This document shows, one piece after another, positions 1 through 9,881 of a DNA stretch of 64,000 bases (the first letter of the stretch is position 1; every line of letters begins with the position of its first letter). The stretch is from positions 6,169 to 70,168 of the forward strand of contig MFGA01000006.1 of assembly GCA_001778095.1 (NCBI GenBank), given 5' to 3'. The translations under genes and the position numbers were made by a program. This stretch comes from Candidatus Falkowbacteria bacterium RIFOXYA2_FULL_38_12. GTDB lineage: Bacteria; Patescibacteriota; Patescibacteriia; XYB2-FULL-38-15. The notes under the pieces were generated by a model that saw only the letters and a list, made by a program, of their open reading frames with translations, made no database searches and was not told the DNA's origin.

Positions 1-94
1 ATATCGCACCAAATGGGGAATTACTTTTTTTTATTCCTTTTTCAGCTTCATCCATGGCGCGCCGGATTAAATTTTCCTTAGTTTGTTTATTCAT
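1..94 (-). CDS. nucleoside/tRNA deaminase family protein, N-terminus (runs off window start)
   Basis: Manual translation MNKQTKENLIRRAMDEAEKGIKKSNSPFGAI; helix followed by PFGA motif typical of CDA/TadA-like deaminases. Confidence 0.6.
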   Translation of the reverse strand, partial: MNKQTKENLIRRAMDEAEKGIKKSNSPFGAI

Positions 95-146
95 ATGCGA
101 AAGAGGAAGAAATAAATTGTATTTTAATCAAGGAGATTTTTAAATT

Positions 147-400
147 ATTTCGCCCAACGGCTTCGGAATAAACGAAGTGGCCGAAGGGATTTCGTAGCGA
201 AGCGGAGAAATGCCGAGAGGCCATTTCGTGTATTCCGTGTTATGCGATGTCGCGACCGAAGGGAGCGACGAGCATAACCGGAATTATTTCCGAAGCCGTT
301 ATGGCGAAAAAGGAGCGACCGAAGGGAGCGATTTCGCCATAACTAGTTAATATGCGAAGTGTTTGCGTATAATATACACAATATTGTATATTATACGAAC
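147..400. repeat. attC/dif-like nested palindromic recombination-site-like region
   Basis: gcccaac-ggcttcggaata...tttccgaagcc-gttatggc arms; two copies of gttatg(g)cga..gcgaccgaagggagcga..gc(c)ataac; palindrome 361-400. Confidence 0.5.
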
Positions 401-409
401 TTTCTATTT

Positions 410-1504
410 TCAAACCTGAAACCTAATCTCCACTATATCACCATCCCTCACAACATATTCTTTCCCCTCAATCCTTATCAACCCTTTTTCTTTGGCGCCC
501 GCGTCTCCGCCGGCATCAATCAGGTCTTTCCAGTTGATGACTTCGGCGCGGATAAATCCTTTCTCAAAATCGGTGTGGATCTTGCCGGCAGCCTGTGGCG
601 CGAGTAATCCCTTTTCTAGCGTCCAGGCGTGCGCTTCTTTTGGTCCGGCGGTGAAAAAAGTTATCAAATTAAGCTCGGCGTAGCTTGCTTTAATCAATTG
701 ATCCAAGCCGGATTCTTCCACTCCCAGCTCTTTAAGATAATTTGTCGCCTCGTCTTTTCCCAGTTCGGCAAGTTCGGACTCAATTTTCGCTGAAATTAAA
801 ACAACTTTCTCCGGATTTAGTTTTAAACTAAATTTTTCCAATATTTTTTCTTTTTTCTCGGCAATATCACCTTCCAAAACATTTAAAATATACAAAATCG
901 GTTTTATGGTTAAAAAATTACAATCTTGAATTAATTTTTTTTCATCAATATCCAAATTCAAATCTCTAATAGCCGTCCCCTTTTCCAAATTTTCTTTAAT
1001 TTTTAAAAGCAGCTCATTGGTTTTTACAATATTTTTATCTTTGGAACTTTTTAATTGCCGAGAGAGGCTTTCAATTCTTTTTTGCACGGTTTCAAGATCG
1101 GCAAAAATCAACTCCAAATTAATTGTTTCCAGATCCGAAGCCGGATTTATTTTTCCGTCAACGTGAATTATATTTTCGTCCTCAAAAGCTCTTAATACTT
1201 GGCAGATGGCGTCAGTTTCCCGAATATGGGACAAAAATTTATTGCCCAAACCCTGCCCCTCATGCGCGCCCTTTACCAAGCCGGCAATATCAAAAAATTC
1301 TATAATCGTCGGGACGATTTTCGGGGAATTATAGAATTCAGTTAATTTTTCCAATCTAAAATCGGGCACAGCGACCGTGCCGACATTGGGCTCAATGGTA
1401 CAAAACGGATAATTGGCAATATCCACTTGTTTTTTGGTGAGAGCCTTGAAAATGGTTGATTTGCCAACATTAGGAAGACCGACGATAGCGACTTTGAAGG
1501 ACAT
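410..1504 (-). CDS. ychF: redox-regulated ATPase YchF (Obg family)
   Basis: GLPNVGKST, NYPFCTIEPN, DIAGLVKGA, C-terminal TGS domain. Confidence 0.97.
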   Translation of the reverse strand: MSFKVAIVGLPNVGKSTIFKALTKKQVDIANYPFCTIEPNVGTVAVPDFRLEKLTEFYNSPKIVPTIIEFFDIAGLVKGAHEGQGLGNKFLSHIRETDAICQVLRAFEDENIIHVDGKINPASDLETINLELIFADLETVQKRIESLSRQLKSSKDKNIVKTNELLLKIKENLEKGTAIRDLNLDIDEKKLIQDCNFLTIKPILYILNVLEGDIAEKKEKILEKFSLKLNPEKVVLISAKIESELAELGKDEATNYLKELGVEESGLDQLIKASYAELNLITFFTAGPKEAHAWTLEKGLLAPQAAGKIHTDFEKGFIRAEVINWKDLIDAGGDAGAKEKGLIRIEGKEYVVRDGDIVEIRFQV

Positions 1505-1553
1505 AGGTTGTAAAACGTCTCAACGAGAGGCGTCTTTTAAGATTATTTTTTTA

Positions 1554-1795
1554 CTAAATAATTCGTTTGTTTCGAAAAGCTATTCCGGATGCTGTTTTTA
1601 AATACTTTTCAAAATCCAAAGCCTTTTTCTTTTCATAAAATGCGCAATAAAAAAGTATTTTCCATGGTTTGAATTTTTTGTATAAAAGGAGTCTCCTTTA
1701 TTATGCTCAGCTAATCTATTTTTAAGATTTTCAGAAAAATCCACGTAAATTTTACTCGGGAAATTTAAGCTCTGAATTATGTAAACGTAATACAT
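1554..1795 (-). pseudogene. small GIY-YIG nuclease, frameshifted
   Basis: MYYVYIIQS..IYV..ENLKNRLAEHN; the -1 frame after an A6 run continues KFKPWKILFYCAFYEKKKALDFEKYLKTASGIAFRNKRII*. Confidence 0.75.
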
Positions 1796-1911
1796 TTGTG
1801 GTGGCCGTGCCATTTGAAGCTCGCGTTATCAAAAAACAGAGAAGAGAAAATTTACTTTGTCCTCCTTCGCTAAGGCTACGGAGGACATTTTTCACTCTAG
1901 CGAGCGAAAAA

Positions 1912-1982
1912 TGGACCCACGGGGAATCGAACCCCGAACTAATCCATGCCATGGATTCGTAATGCCACTTTACTATGGGCCC
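1912..1982 (-). tRNA. tRNA-Ala(GGC)
   Basis: Cloverleaf GGGCCCA...TGGGTCCA, G3:U70, loop ATGGCAT with A32-U38 characteristic of Ala(GGC). Confidence 0.92.
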
Positions 1983-2072
1983 AAGCGACCGAGTTTAGCT
2001 CGGTAAACTTATCTTATATTAAGAATATTTTGCTAAATAGTCAAATATCAGTTATAAAAAAGATCTTAATGA

Positions 2073-2930
2073 CTATTTTTTATTTTTTCCTTTTATTCTT
2101 TTTACGTTTTCGGGTGTTGTTAAGTAATTTTCTTTTGAAATAACTTTTCCACCTGATTCGAGTTCAAGTTTTTGTCTGGCGTCGCCAGCGATTTTCCCGC
2201 CTTTTTGGGCGGCTATCTTATTTTCAATAAAACCATTAGCGTTTCTGTCTCGGGTTATTTTAGTAGTTGACGCTTCGCCAAGCATTGAAAAAATCAACTC
2301 AAGGTCATTCATGTGATCGCGCAAATTTTCTCTCTTCAGATTTTTGTGTTTCTTGTATTGACTTGGCATCATTCCGAAAGTAGCTTTGGAAATTTCAGCG
2401 GTTAATATTTCAAATTCTTTTTGCTCCTTAATTTCACGTTTTTTCCACTCGTCGGTTAACTCTTCTCGAATAGCAATTCCTCGCATCCTTTTCTCTATCC
2501 AATCGTCGGAATACCCCTTCAGCTTATAAAGCATTCTTGTTCTTTTCGTCGCCAATTCAGGATTTTCTATTTCTTGCACCCGTTCATATCCGATTTTAGC
2601 CAGCCAACGTTTAAATGGTTCGGCGTTTGGTGATGGAATGGATTGGATAATGCGAAACATAGTTTCCGTGTCTGCGCAGTCGGTTTTATAATATTTTCCA
2701 TCATTAGCCATTAATTTCAGTTGTCCGATTTTTTCGGACACCTCAGCGTAGCCTTCAGTAGTCAGTTTTTTCTTTAAATCCCCCCAGTATTTTCTCGGCC
2801 TGTCTGTGCCAGTCAAAGCCTCAATTACATCAATAATCGAAAACCACCATTCTTTTTGAAAAATAGTTTTTCTGATAGATTTGCCCTTGAAAATAGCAAT
2901 GTGATTTGTAGGATTTGGATTTTTTTTCAT
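2073..2930 (-). CDS. Bro-N domain (antirepressor-like) DNA-binding protein
   Basis: WWFSIIDVIEALT..RKYW.DLKKKL, RIIQSIPSPNAEPFKRWLA. Confidence 0.85.
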   Translation of the reverse strand: MKKNPNPTNHIAIFKGKSIRKTIFQKEWWFSIIDVIEALTGTDRPRKYWGDLKKKLTTEGYAEVSEKIGQLKLMANDGKYYKTDCADTETMFRIIQSIPSPNAEPFKRWLAKIGYERVQEIENPELATKRTRMLYKLKGYSDDWIEKRMRGIAIREELTDEWKKREIKEQKEFEILTAEISKATFGMMPSQYKKHKNLKRENLRDHMNDLELIFSMLGEASTTKITRDRNANGFIENKIAAQKGGKIAGDARQKLELESGGKVISKENYLTTPENVKRIKGKNKK

Positions 2931-2933
2931 AAT

Positions 2934-5255
2934 CTACGGCAACGGTGTCGGAATTGGCGCCGGGTTTTCAACAATCTTGTTTTCCAGCATTTCCAGCTTA
3001 TCGTTTACTGTTTTGTTTTCAGGATCTTCTCTTAATATCTTTCTTAATTCTTTAATCGCCAGACTTTTTTCTCCTTGCTCTTCATAAATCGCCGCTAAAT
3101 ACCAATGAGCATTGGCAAATTTAGGTTCAAGTTCCAATGTTCTTTTTAGTTCAGCGATAGCTTTGTCTGTTTCTTTGTTTTGATGATAGAGCAATCCAAG
3201 CTGGAAGGAAATTCCCAAATCGCTTGGTAAGCTATAACGCATGGCTTCAAGTTTTGCGATGGCTTCTTTTGTTTTTCCTTGGCGACTAAAAACTAAAGAT
3301 AATTGAAAATGGGCCGGGACATAGTCGCTTTTTAGTTCAATGGCTTTATTGAATTGCTCTTCGGCTTTTGTCAGATTTTCTCTTACTTCTGATTGAACTT
3401 CATTTTTTGGTCTTTCTCCACTATTCCCTAAAATTAAATCAGCAATGGTAATATAGGTTTTGCCCAGCTCGTTATAAAAAACAGGATTATTCGGTTCCAG
3501 TTCTATCGCTTTTTTCCAGGAATCAATGGCCCAACCACCGGCTCCGTCAATAAAAGGCATTACGGTTTGATAGACAGAAGCGAGAACACTCCAGTTAGTT
3601 GAACTTTGCGGGCTAAGAGCTATCGCTTTTTTTGCCGAATTTAAACTTAGGGCTGTTAGATTCTCCACCTTTTTCGCTCTTTCTTCTGTTGCCTCAAGGC
3701 TTATCTCATTGCCAATTGAAAGAAGAAGACTCTGGGCAAAGTTTTTAAAGTAAATATCATTCCAGCGATTTTTGGCGACAGCAATATTAAAGTATTTGCT
3801 CACTTCTTCAACGGCGCCTCCATCATTACTGATTGCTAAAGCTTTTTTTGAAGCAAGGTCTGCCATGTAGCGTTGACCGACAAGATAAAAAACGGAGATG
3901 GAGAGAATAATGCTTAGTGACAAGAGAAAGGATAAAACCAAAGAGGTGCGAGGGTCTTGCCTTAATGATGTTTCCCAAAATTTATGAGAAATGGAAACAA
4001 CTATCAAGGCGGAGAGAAGCCAAAAAGAAAATTCCAGAGTTAGATTTGATGAATAGAGAAATTTAGCCACCAAAAGCAGGAACCATGACGAAGCGACAGC
4101 TAATTCCATTGGCCAAAAATCACCCTTTTCTTTGATTAAATCCGTTAATGATTTTCCTCCCAAAAAGAGAATCATAAATATCCACGATAAAAATCCGATA
4201 AGTCCGATAGTGGCCAGGGTAGTGATTACTTTTGAAGAAGACTGGTCAAATTTTATATTCCAAAGAGGTGTTTTATTGATATCCGCCGGTTTAAATTCAT
4301 TATAGTCAAAAACAAAAGTGCCGGGCCCGGAACCAAAGAAAGGGTTTTTTTCCAAAGTTTTTTGCGCTACTTGGGCGCTCAAGGAAAAAGACGGGGTGAT
4401 TTCCGCCGGTAAATTTAAATTAAGAGGCGTTCGAATGAAAAAGAAAATAACCCCGATTAAAAGGGCGATCGCCGGTAAAATTGACCAAGATAAATTTTTT
4501 ATTTCCGGGGCTTTTATGACTATAAAAGCAAGGGTGAAAGCTGTGCCGATAACAAGGCTCGCCCAAGCCATTCGCGAGTCAATGGCTAGCAGTAAAAAGA
4601 TATTCAAGAGAGATAATATTGTGAGAAAAATATTTTGTAATATTGTGGAAGGTTCTTTTAGTTGAAGGGTGGCGTGCGTTTTGAAAAGCATAGCGGAAGC
4701 CAAGACAAAACCCAAGGCTGAAAAAATTCCCAAAGCGGTTAAACTGCCAATAGTGTTTCCCGTCCAGTTTGGCGCGAGGCTCGCCGGCAGTAATCCCAAG
4801 ATTCCGAATAAAGAAAAGATGGAAGTTAAAAAAGAGCCGACAAGGAAAGCGTAGATTATTTTTTTTATTTCTTTCAATTCATCAATATTGTTGATGATAA
4901 TAAAATAAAAAATAATAAAGCAAAATAGAGTCAGAAAAGAATCTTTTTCTACTCCGGAGGAGCCGACAAAACCTCTGAATCTATCGCTTCCCAAGAGCGT
5001 CGAGAGAAAATAAACTCCCAAATAGATAATCGCCAATAAATTAAAAAAACTTTTTCGCCAAATAACTTTTTTGGAAGCGATCATTTTCCCCAGCCAAGCC
5101 AATCCGGCAATAAGGGTGAGAATGACTAAAAGATTTTGCTTATTAAACTCAAGCATTTCCAGAGTGAAGGGAAGAAAAAAGATCGGGAGAAAAATTAAGA
5201 GAGCATAAAGACAAGTTTTAATAATTTTTCCGCACACGTTGGCGAGAGTAGGCAT
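2934..5255 (-). CDS. O-antigen ligase-like polytopic membrane protein with C-terminal TPRs
   Basis: Many TM segments, P.FGSGPGTF Wzy_C-like motif, TPR-like repeats (KAIELEPNNP). Confidence 0.8.
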   Translation of the reverse strand: MPTLANVCGKIIKTCLYALLIFLPIFFLPFTLEMLEFNKQNLLVILTLIAGLAWLGKMIASKKVIWRKSFFNLLAIIYLGVYFLSTLLGSDRFRGFVGSSGVEKDSFLTLFCFIIFYFIIINNIDELKEIKKIIYAFLVGSFLTSIFSLFGILGLLPASLAPNWTGNTIGSLTALGIFSALGFVLASAMLFKTHATLQLKEPSTILQNIFLTILSLLNIFLLLAIDSRMAWASLVIGTAFTLAFIVIKAPEIKNLSWSILPAIALLIGVIFFFIRTPLNLNLPAEITPSFSLSAQVAQKTLEKNPFFGSGPGTFVFDYNEFKPADINKTPLWNIKFDQSSSKVITTLATIGLIGFLSWIFMILFLGGKSLTDLIKEKGDFWPMELAVASSWFLLLVAKFLYSSNLTLEFSFWLLSALIVVSISHKFWETSLRQDPRTSLVLSFLLSLSIILSISVFYLVGQRYMADLASKKALAISNDGGAVEEVSKYFNIAVAKNRWNDIYFKNFAQSLLLSIGNEISLEATEERAKKVENLTALSLNSAKKAIALSPQSSTNWSVLASVYQTVMPFIDGAGGWAIDSWKKAIELEPNNPVFYNELGKTYITIADLILGNSGERPKNEVQSEVRENLTKAEEQFNKAIELKSDYVPAHFQLSLVFSRQGKTKEAIAKLEAMRYSLPSDLGISFQLGLLYHQNKETDKAIAELKRTLELEPKFANAHWYLAAIYEEQGEKSLAIKELRKILREDPENKTVNDKLEMLENKIVENPAPIPTPLP

Positions 5256-5294
5256 AAAAATAAAATTATTTTAGATTTAGGGAGTATTTTACGA

Positions 5295-5398
5295 GTCATT
5301 CTGAGCGGAGCGACCCCGCAAAAGGCGGGGCGCGTATGCGGGCTAGAAAAGAATATCGCTCGCATTCGCGAGAGATCCTTCACTGCGTTCAGGATGAC
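5295..5398 (+). repeat. GTCATTCTGAGC...CAGGATGAC palindromic repeat (family 1), copy 1
   Basis: Near-identical to 17167-17270. Confidence 0.9.
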
Positions 5399-5482
5399 GA
5401 CTCATGTGGCAAGTTTTGAGAAGAGACTATTACTTTTTATTTTATTATACCATAATTATAAAAAAATATTTTTCATATACAA

Positions 5483-5509
5483 CAATCCCTCGCTGGTTGC
5501 GAGGGATTG
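5483..5509. terminator. hairpin downstream of large surface protein gene
   Basis: caatccctcgc tggtt gcgagggattg. Confidence 0.5.
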
Positions 5510-5568
5510 TACTTATCACAGTTGTGTCCCGTACCCAGAGATACAACTGATCTGATAATGCGAATTAA

Positions 5569-8500
5569 TTATTCCGCTGCGGGAGCTGATTCTGCCGGTG
5601 CTTCCGGGGCTGGGGCCGGCGCCTCTACTACTGGCGAAGGAGCTACTTCTTCCGACGCTTCTACCGCGGGTGCCTCTGGAGCTACGGGAGGAGCTTCTGC
5701 CGGAGGTTCGTCGCCATCGGTAGGAGCAGGCTCGACTGCCGGCGCTTCCGGTTCCGATTCAGCCGGGGCGGGAGATTCTGCTGGCGAGGCTTCGGCTGGA
5801 GGCGATTCAACACTTGGCGCCGGAGCCGGTTCTGCCTGAGGAGTAACGGGATCATCATAGCCACTGCGTCTGGCAATTACCAACCAATCAAAAGATGAAT
5901 TGGACATGCCGCCATTTAATTCTTTTATCTTAAAACTGGTTTGAGTTTTTTCCGCGATATAAATTCCGTTTCCTGCTTCCGTTAAAGTTATCATCACCTT
6001 AAGAGGTGTTTTGTCGGAAATATTTTTTACAAAATTTTCATCAACCTCACTTAAGTCAATTATCTTTTCTCCATTTTGCAGTTTTCCCGAACCGGAAAGA
6101 GTCAGCTCAACATCAGTAGAGGTAAGACCAAACATTTCTTTATCAAAACCGTTGTTAGTTAAATTAATTTTCAAAACTCCATTCTCGTCTATACTCCATC
6201 TATTATTAATGCCGGCAATTTTTTTGATATTTAAAATTGAAAAATTATTAGCATCCAAATCGCCGGTTAGTTTTTCCAAGGTGAGGACTTCGCCACTTCC
6301 CGGGTCGGTTTCACTGGACCAATCAATACTCACAAAAGCGATAATTGTTCCGGAAGGTTCATTGAAAGGTTCAAGGGCTAAACCAATATATGGAGCATGG
6401 TCTGCTTTCATAGCAACCCCGGGAGTGCTTGAGCTTGTTAATTTGTCTCCGCGAATAATTGGGCCGTTTTCATTGGAAATTTTAACGGGAACACGACCAG
6501 CAAGAGCGACGGGGTAAAGGTCGGGGAGACTTGATCTTCCAAGAGTCATACCAGGTTTTGTGGAAACTATTCCCATAACCGTATTATCGTTAGCTATTTT
6601 GGATTTTATTACTTTTTCATTATTATTTGGATCAATACTAACAACATCGCCCGGTTCTAAATTTTCAGAAGAAGAATAATTTTCGGCTAAGTCGATTTCG
6701 GTGATAGCTAGAGCTTCGGCATAGATAGTTCCAGCTGATGCGGCAGTAAGGCAGGTCGGTGTACCATCATCAACGCACAGTGATCCCTCTATAACAAGTT
6801 CATTCGGTGAATCGTCATTAACATCACCAGGATCATTGTAAGGAGTTCGGCCAATATTTGCGCGATTAGCATAAAGACCAAGTCCGCCGGTGAAATATCC
6901 GGCGTAGCCATTGCTAGAAGCGGTAGTAGAATATATACCATAATTAAGTTGATCGTTGTTTCCTGCATCAGTTGCCGTAAAATATCCCGCTGTTGCAGTT
7001 GCTCCTGGAGCGATAAAGTAGCCAGCCGTACCAGTACCAGAGGTAACCGAAGAGTAAATACCGTAATTAGTTCCAGCAGCTCCAGTAGCTTCCGTATAGA
7101 TGCCATAAGCAACTCCTGCACTTCCAGTTGCGGAAAATTTTGCTCCATAACCTGTATCAGAAGCCGAAGTTCCATATATGGCGTAATTGGTTCCAGTTGC
7201 TCCGGTTGCAACAGCATGAAGAGCATAAGTAGTCCCCCCAGATCCAGATGCAACAAAATATCCAGCTTTACCGTTGTCAGAATATGATCGAGCGGAAATA
7301 GCCAAAGAAATAGAATCAATATTGTCCGTATCTGTCGCTTCAAAAAATCCTGCAGTAGCATTACTACCACTGGCAACAAAATGCCCACCAACGCCGACGT
7401 GAGAAGCGTTAGAAACATTTATTCCGTAGTTAGTTCCTTCGTTAGCCGTGCTAGCAGCCTCAAAGCGTCCAGCAGTTCCGTTAAAAGAAGAAGTTTTTGC
7501 ATAAATACCGTAGTTTACTCCGTTTGTTGCATCTGTTTCTTCAAAATAACCTGCGTACCCGGTTGCTCCCGACGCAACAAAATATCCTCCGTAGCCAGAA
7601 GCATTTGAATTAACCGCATTTATTGTTCTTGTATCAGTTCCGGCGCCAAGAATATCAAGAGTATAATTATCTGTTGGAGATCTTCCTATTCCGATATGGT
7701 TTCCTGTCACTCCGTCAACATAGAGGGTTGTTCCGTCAACGATAAAATCGTCATCAACCGTGAGATTGTGCCCATCATGGATAGTTACGTTTCCTGCTGG
7801 ATGTAAATCAAGATCCCCCCCGCTTGTGGTGATGGAGTTTGTTCCGTAATTTGTTGTGGCTCCAGCCAAAAAGGCAGTGTCCGTGTAGACACCAAGGCCT
7901 CCCGTAAAATATCCGGAATAACCAGAGGCAGATGAAGTTAAGCCGTACACTCCGAAATTAGCTCCGTTTCCTGTTGCAGAGCCATATATTCCATAGTTTG
8001 CTCCTGTCCCCGAAGAAACACTGTAAATTCCGTAAGTCACTCCAGTTCCCGAAGCAGTAAAATATCCGGCAGTACCGGCCGCTGTTGTGTTCAAAGCATT
8101 AATCGTTCTTGTGTCCGCTGATGCTCCAGAAGTAACGTCAAGGGAATAGGTATTAGTTGGGTCGGTGTTTATTCCGATTCTTTCCGTAGTAGTATTAACA
8201 TAAAGAGTATTTCCATCTATAAGAAGATTATGAGCATTAGGAATAGTTACATCAGCAAAAGGGTGTAAATCAAGATTTGCCGCGCTTGTGGTGATGGAGT
8301 TTGCTCCGTAAGTCGTGGCATTCCCAGCAATAAAAGAAGTCTCGGCATAGACACTTCCGCCAACGCCAAGAAGGTCGGCGACGTAAGCATCGTTGCCGGA
8401 AAGAGTGAACCCGGCATTGGTTATACTTTCAGAACTTGCGCCAATCCAAAGATCATCATTGACATATAACCCTTTTCCTCCAGAAAAATATCCGGCGTAA

Positions 8501-9774
8501 CCGGCCGCAGAAGCTGTAATGCTATAAATACCATAATTAATACCAACGGCATCTGTTGCCGTAAAATACCCCGCATACCCAGTCGCCGAAGTATTAGATC
8601 CATACACACCATAAGTTGCTCCGGTAGCGCCAGTCTTTTCAAAATATCCTGCTGCCGCGCCGGCGGTGGTAGAAGCCGCAGTTCCGTAAACACCATAATT
8701 AGTCCCTGTCGCTCCGCTCGCATTAGCATAAATTCCATACGCCGCCGTAGTTCCCGAAGAAGCAAAGTATCCGGCATAACCCGAGGCTTGAGCATTTTCA
8801 GAATTGATTGTTCGGGAATCAGTTGAAACAACATCTAACCCATAAGACGGGGTGTCATTATTAATACCGACTCTATTATCTCCGGCGCTAACATAGAGAA
8901 CACTGGTATCTACAATAAAGTTATCGTCAGTAATAAAGACATCACCTCCGGCAGGGTTTAAAGTAAAATCAACCGCTCCGGTTGTTGTGATTGAACTTGT
9001 TCCATAAGTTGTGGCGTTGCCAGCAATAAAAGAGGTGTCGGTGTAAATAGTTCCTTCAACGCCAAGAGTGCCCGCGATAAAAGCGTCATCTCCATCCAAA
9101 GAAAATGCATTGCTAAGAGTCTCGGCATTGGCGCCTAAATATAGATTGCTATTAATATAAGCTGTTAAAGTTAAAGTATCCGTGTTAGCGTCGCCCAAAG
9201 ACCATGATCCGGCAACTGTTTCGTCTTGTGCTAGTCGGCCAAAGGCGGATTCATCCAAATCGTCAAGCATATCCGCGTTAAAAGAATATAAAGACGCGCC
9301 AATCCTTTTTCTTGGTGTCATTTCGGCGTCAGCTCCTACCGTAACTCCCAAAAAGTAAGCAGAAGCGGAAAAATTAATACTAATCGCGCAATCGCCAGAT
9401 TCCCCCAGAAGAGTGGAAAAAACTCCGTTGGAAATAGTAACGGATTTTGCGGATGGATTAAATGCCGCGCCACAAGCGTCACTTTCTCTCGCGCTCCAAA
9501 CAACATTTCCTCCGGCGGCGGCATCATAAATGGTGAAAATAATATTGTATGCTCCATCGGCAACCGGAACGCCGGAAGAATCTTGTAGTTTTCCTTGATA
9601 ATTTAATTCTTTATTAACCGCGGCCTTGGCCCATTGAGGCGACCATTGTTTTATCGCCGAAAGAGCAATTATTCCCGCGCTTATTAAAGACAAAACGCCC
9701 AAAATCAAAACCAAGAGAGTGAGGCTCCCCTTATCGCGATTGGTGTATTTGGTTTTTCTGTTTGGCAAGGTCAT
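5569..9774 (-). CDS. large repetitive surface/tail-fibre-like protein with C-terminal intramolecular-chaperone (peptidase G2/S74-like) region and Pro/Ala/Glu tail
   Basis: N-terminal TM, LNYQGKL motif, GYAGYF/NYGIY repeats, DLAENY..GIVSTKPG..LAGRVPVK..PGVAMKA. The ORF call from 9837 starts inside a repeat, so 9774 is the preferred start. Confidence 0.75.
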   Translation of the reverse strand: MTLPNRKTKYTNRDKGSLTLLVLILGVLSLISAGIIALSAIKQWSPQWAKAAVNKELNYQGKLQDSSGVPVADGAYNIIFTIYDAAAGGNVVWSARESDACGAAFNPSAKSVTISNGVFSTLLGESGDCAISINFSASAYFLGVTVGADAEMTPRKRIGASLYSFNADMLDDLDESAFGRLAQDETVAGSWSLGDANTDTLTLTAYINSNLYLGANAETLSNAFSLDGDDAFIAGTLGVEGTIYTDTSFIAGNATTYGTSSITTTGAVDFTLNPAGGDVFITDDNFIVDTSVLYVSAGDNRVGINNDTPSYGLDVVSTDSRTINSENAQASGYAGYFASSGTTAAYGIYANASGATGTNYGVYGTAASTTAGAAAGYFEKTGATGATYGVYGSNTSATGYAGYFTATDAVGINYGIYSITASAAGYAGYFSGGKGLYVNDDLWIGASSESITNAGFTLSGNDAYVADLLGVGGSVYAETSFIAGNATTYGANSITTSAANLDLHPFADVTIPNAHNLLIDGNTLYVNTTTERIGINTDPTNTYSLDVTSGASADTRTINALNTTAAGTAGYFTASGTGVTYGIYSVSSGTGANYGIYGSATGNGANFGVYGLTSSASGYSGYFTGGLGVYTDTAFLAGATTNYGTNSITTSGGDLDLHPAGNVTIHDGHNLTVDDDFIVDGTTLYVDGVTGNHIGIGRSPTDNYTLDILGAGTDTRTINAVNSNASGYGGYFVASGATGYAGYFEETDATNGVNYGIYAKTSSFNGTAGRFEAASTANEGTNYGINVSNASHVGVGGHFVASGSNATAGFFEATDTDNIDSISLAISARSYSDNGKAGYFVASGSGGTTYALHAVATGATGTNYAIYGTSASDTGYGAKFSATGSAGVAYGIYTEATGAAGTNYGIYSSVTSGTGTAGYFIAPGATATAGYFTATDAGNNDQLNYGIYSTTASSNGYAGYFTGGLGLYANRANIGRTPYNDPGDVNDDSPNELVIEGSLCVDDGTPTCLTAASAGTIYAEALAITEIDLAENYSSSENLEPGDVVSIDPNNNEKVIKSKIANDNTVMGIVSTKPGMTLGRSSLPDLYPVALAGRVPVKISNENGPIIRGDKLTSSSTPGVAMKADHAPYIGLALEPFNEPSGTIIAFVSIDWSSETDPGSGEVLTLEKLTGDLDANNFSILNIKKIAGINNRWSIDENGVLKINLTNNGFDKEMFGLTSTDVELTLSGSGKLQNGEKIIDLSEVDENFVKNISDKTPLKVMITLTEAGNGIYIAEKTQTSFKIKELNGGMSNSSFDWLVIARRSGYDDPVTPQAEPAPAPSVESPPAEASPAESPAPAESEPEAPAVEPAPTDGDEPPAEAPPVAPEAPAVEASEEVAPSPVVEAPAPAPEAPAESAPAAE

Positions 9775-9785
9775 AAAAAAGGATT

Positions 9786-9876
9786 TTCCCCTCCCTTGAG
9801 GGGAGGGGTTAGGGGAGGGTGATATTTGTAGAAACATTTCACCCCCACCTAGCCTCCCCCATCAAGGGGGAGGAAT
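9786..9876. repeat. CCTCCCC-type GC-rich double hairpin repeat
   Basis: Reverse-complement copy at 32052-32136; partial copy inside uvrB at 34421-34458; related element at 35541-35670. Confidence 0.8.
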
Positions 9877-9881
9877 GATAT

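Noticed and set aside
2073-9837. Prophage (Bro-N protein plus tail-fibre-like protein)
   Set aside because: No integrase, terminase, capsid or replication genes; both families occur as chromosomal genes in CPR.
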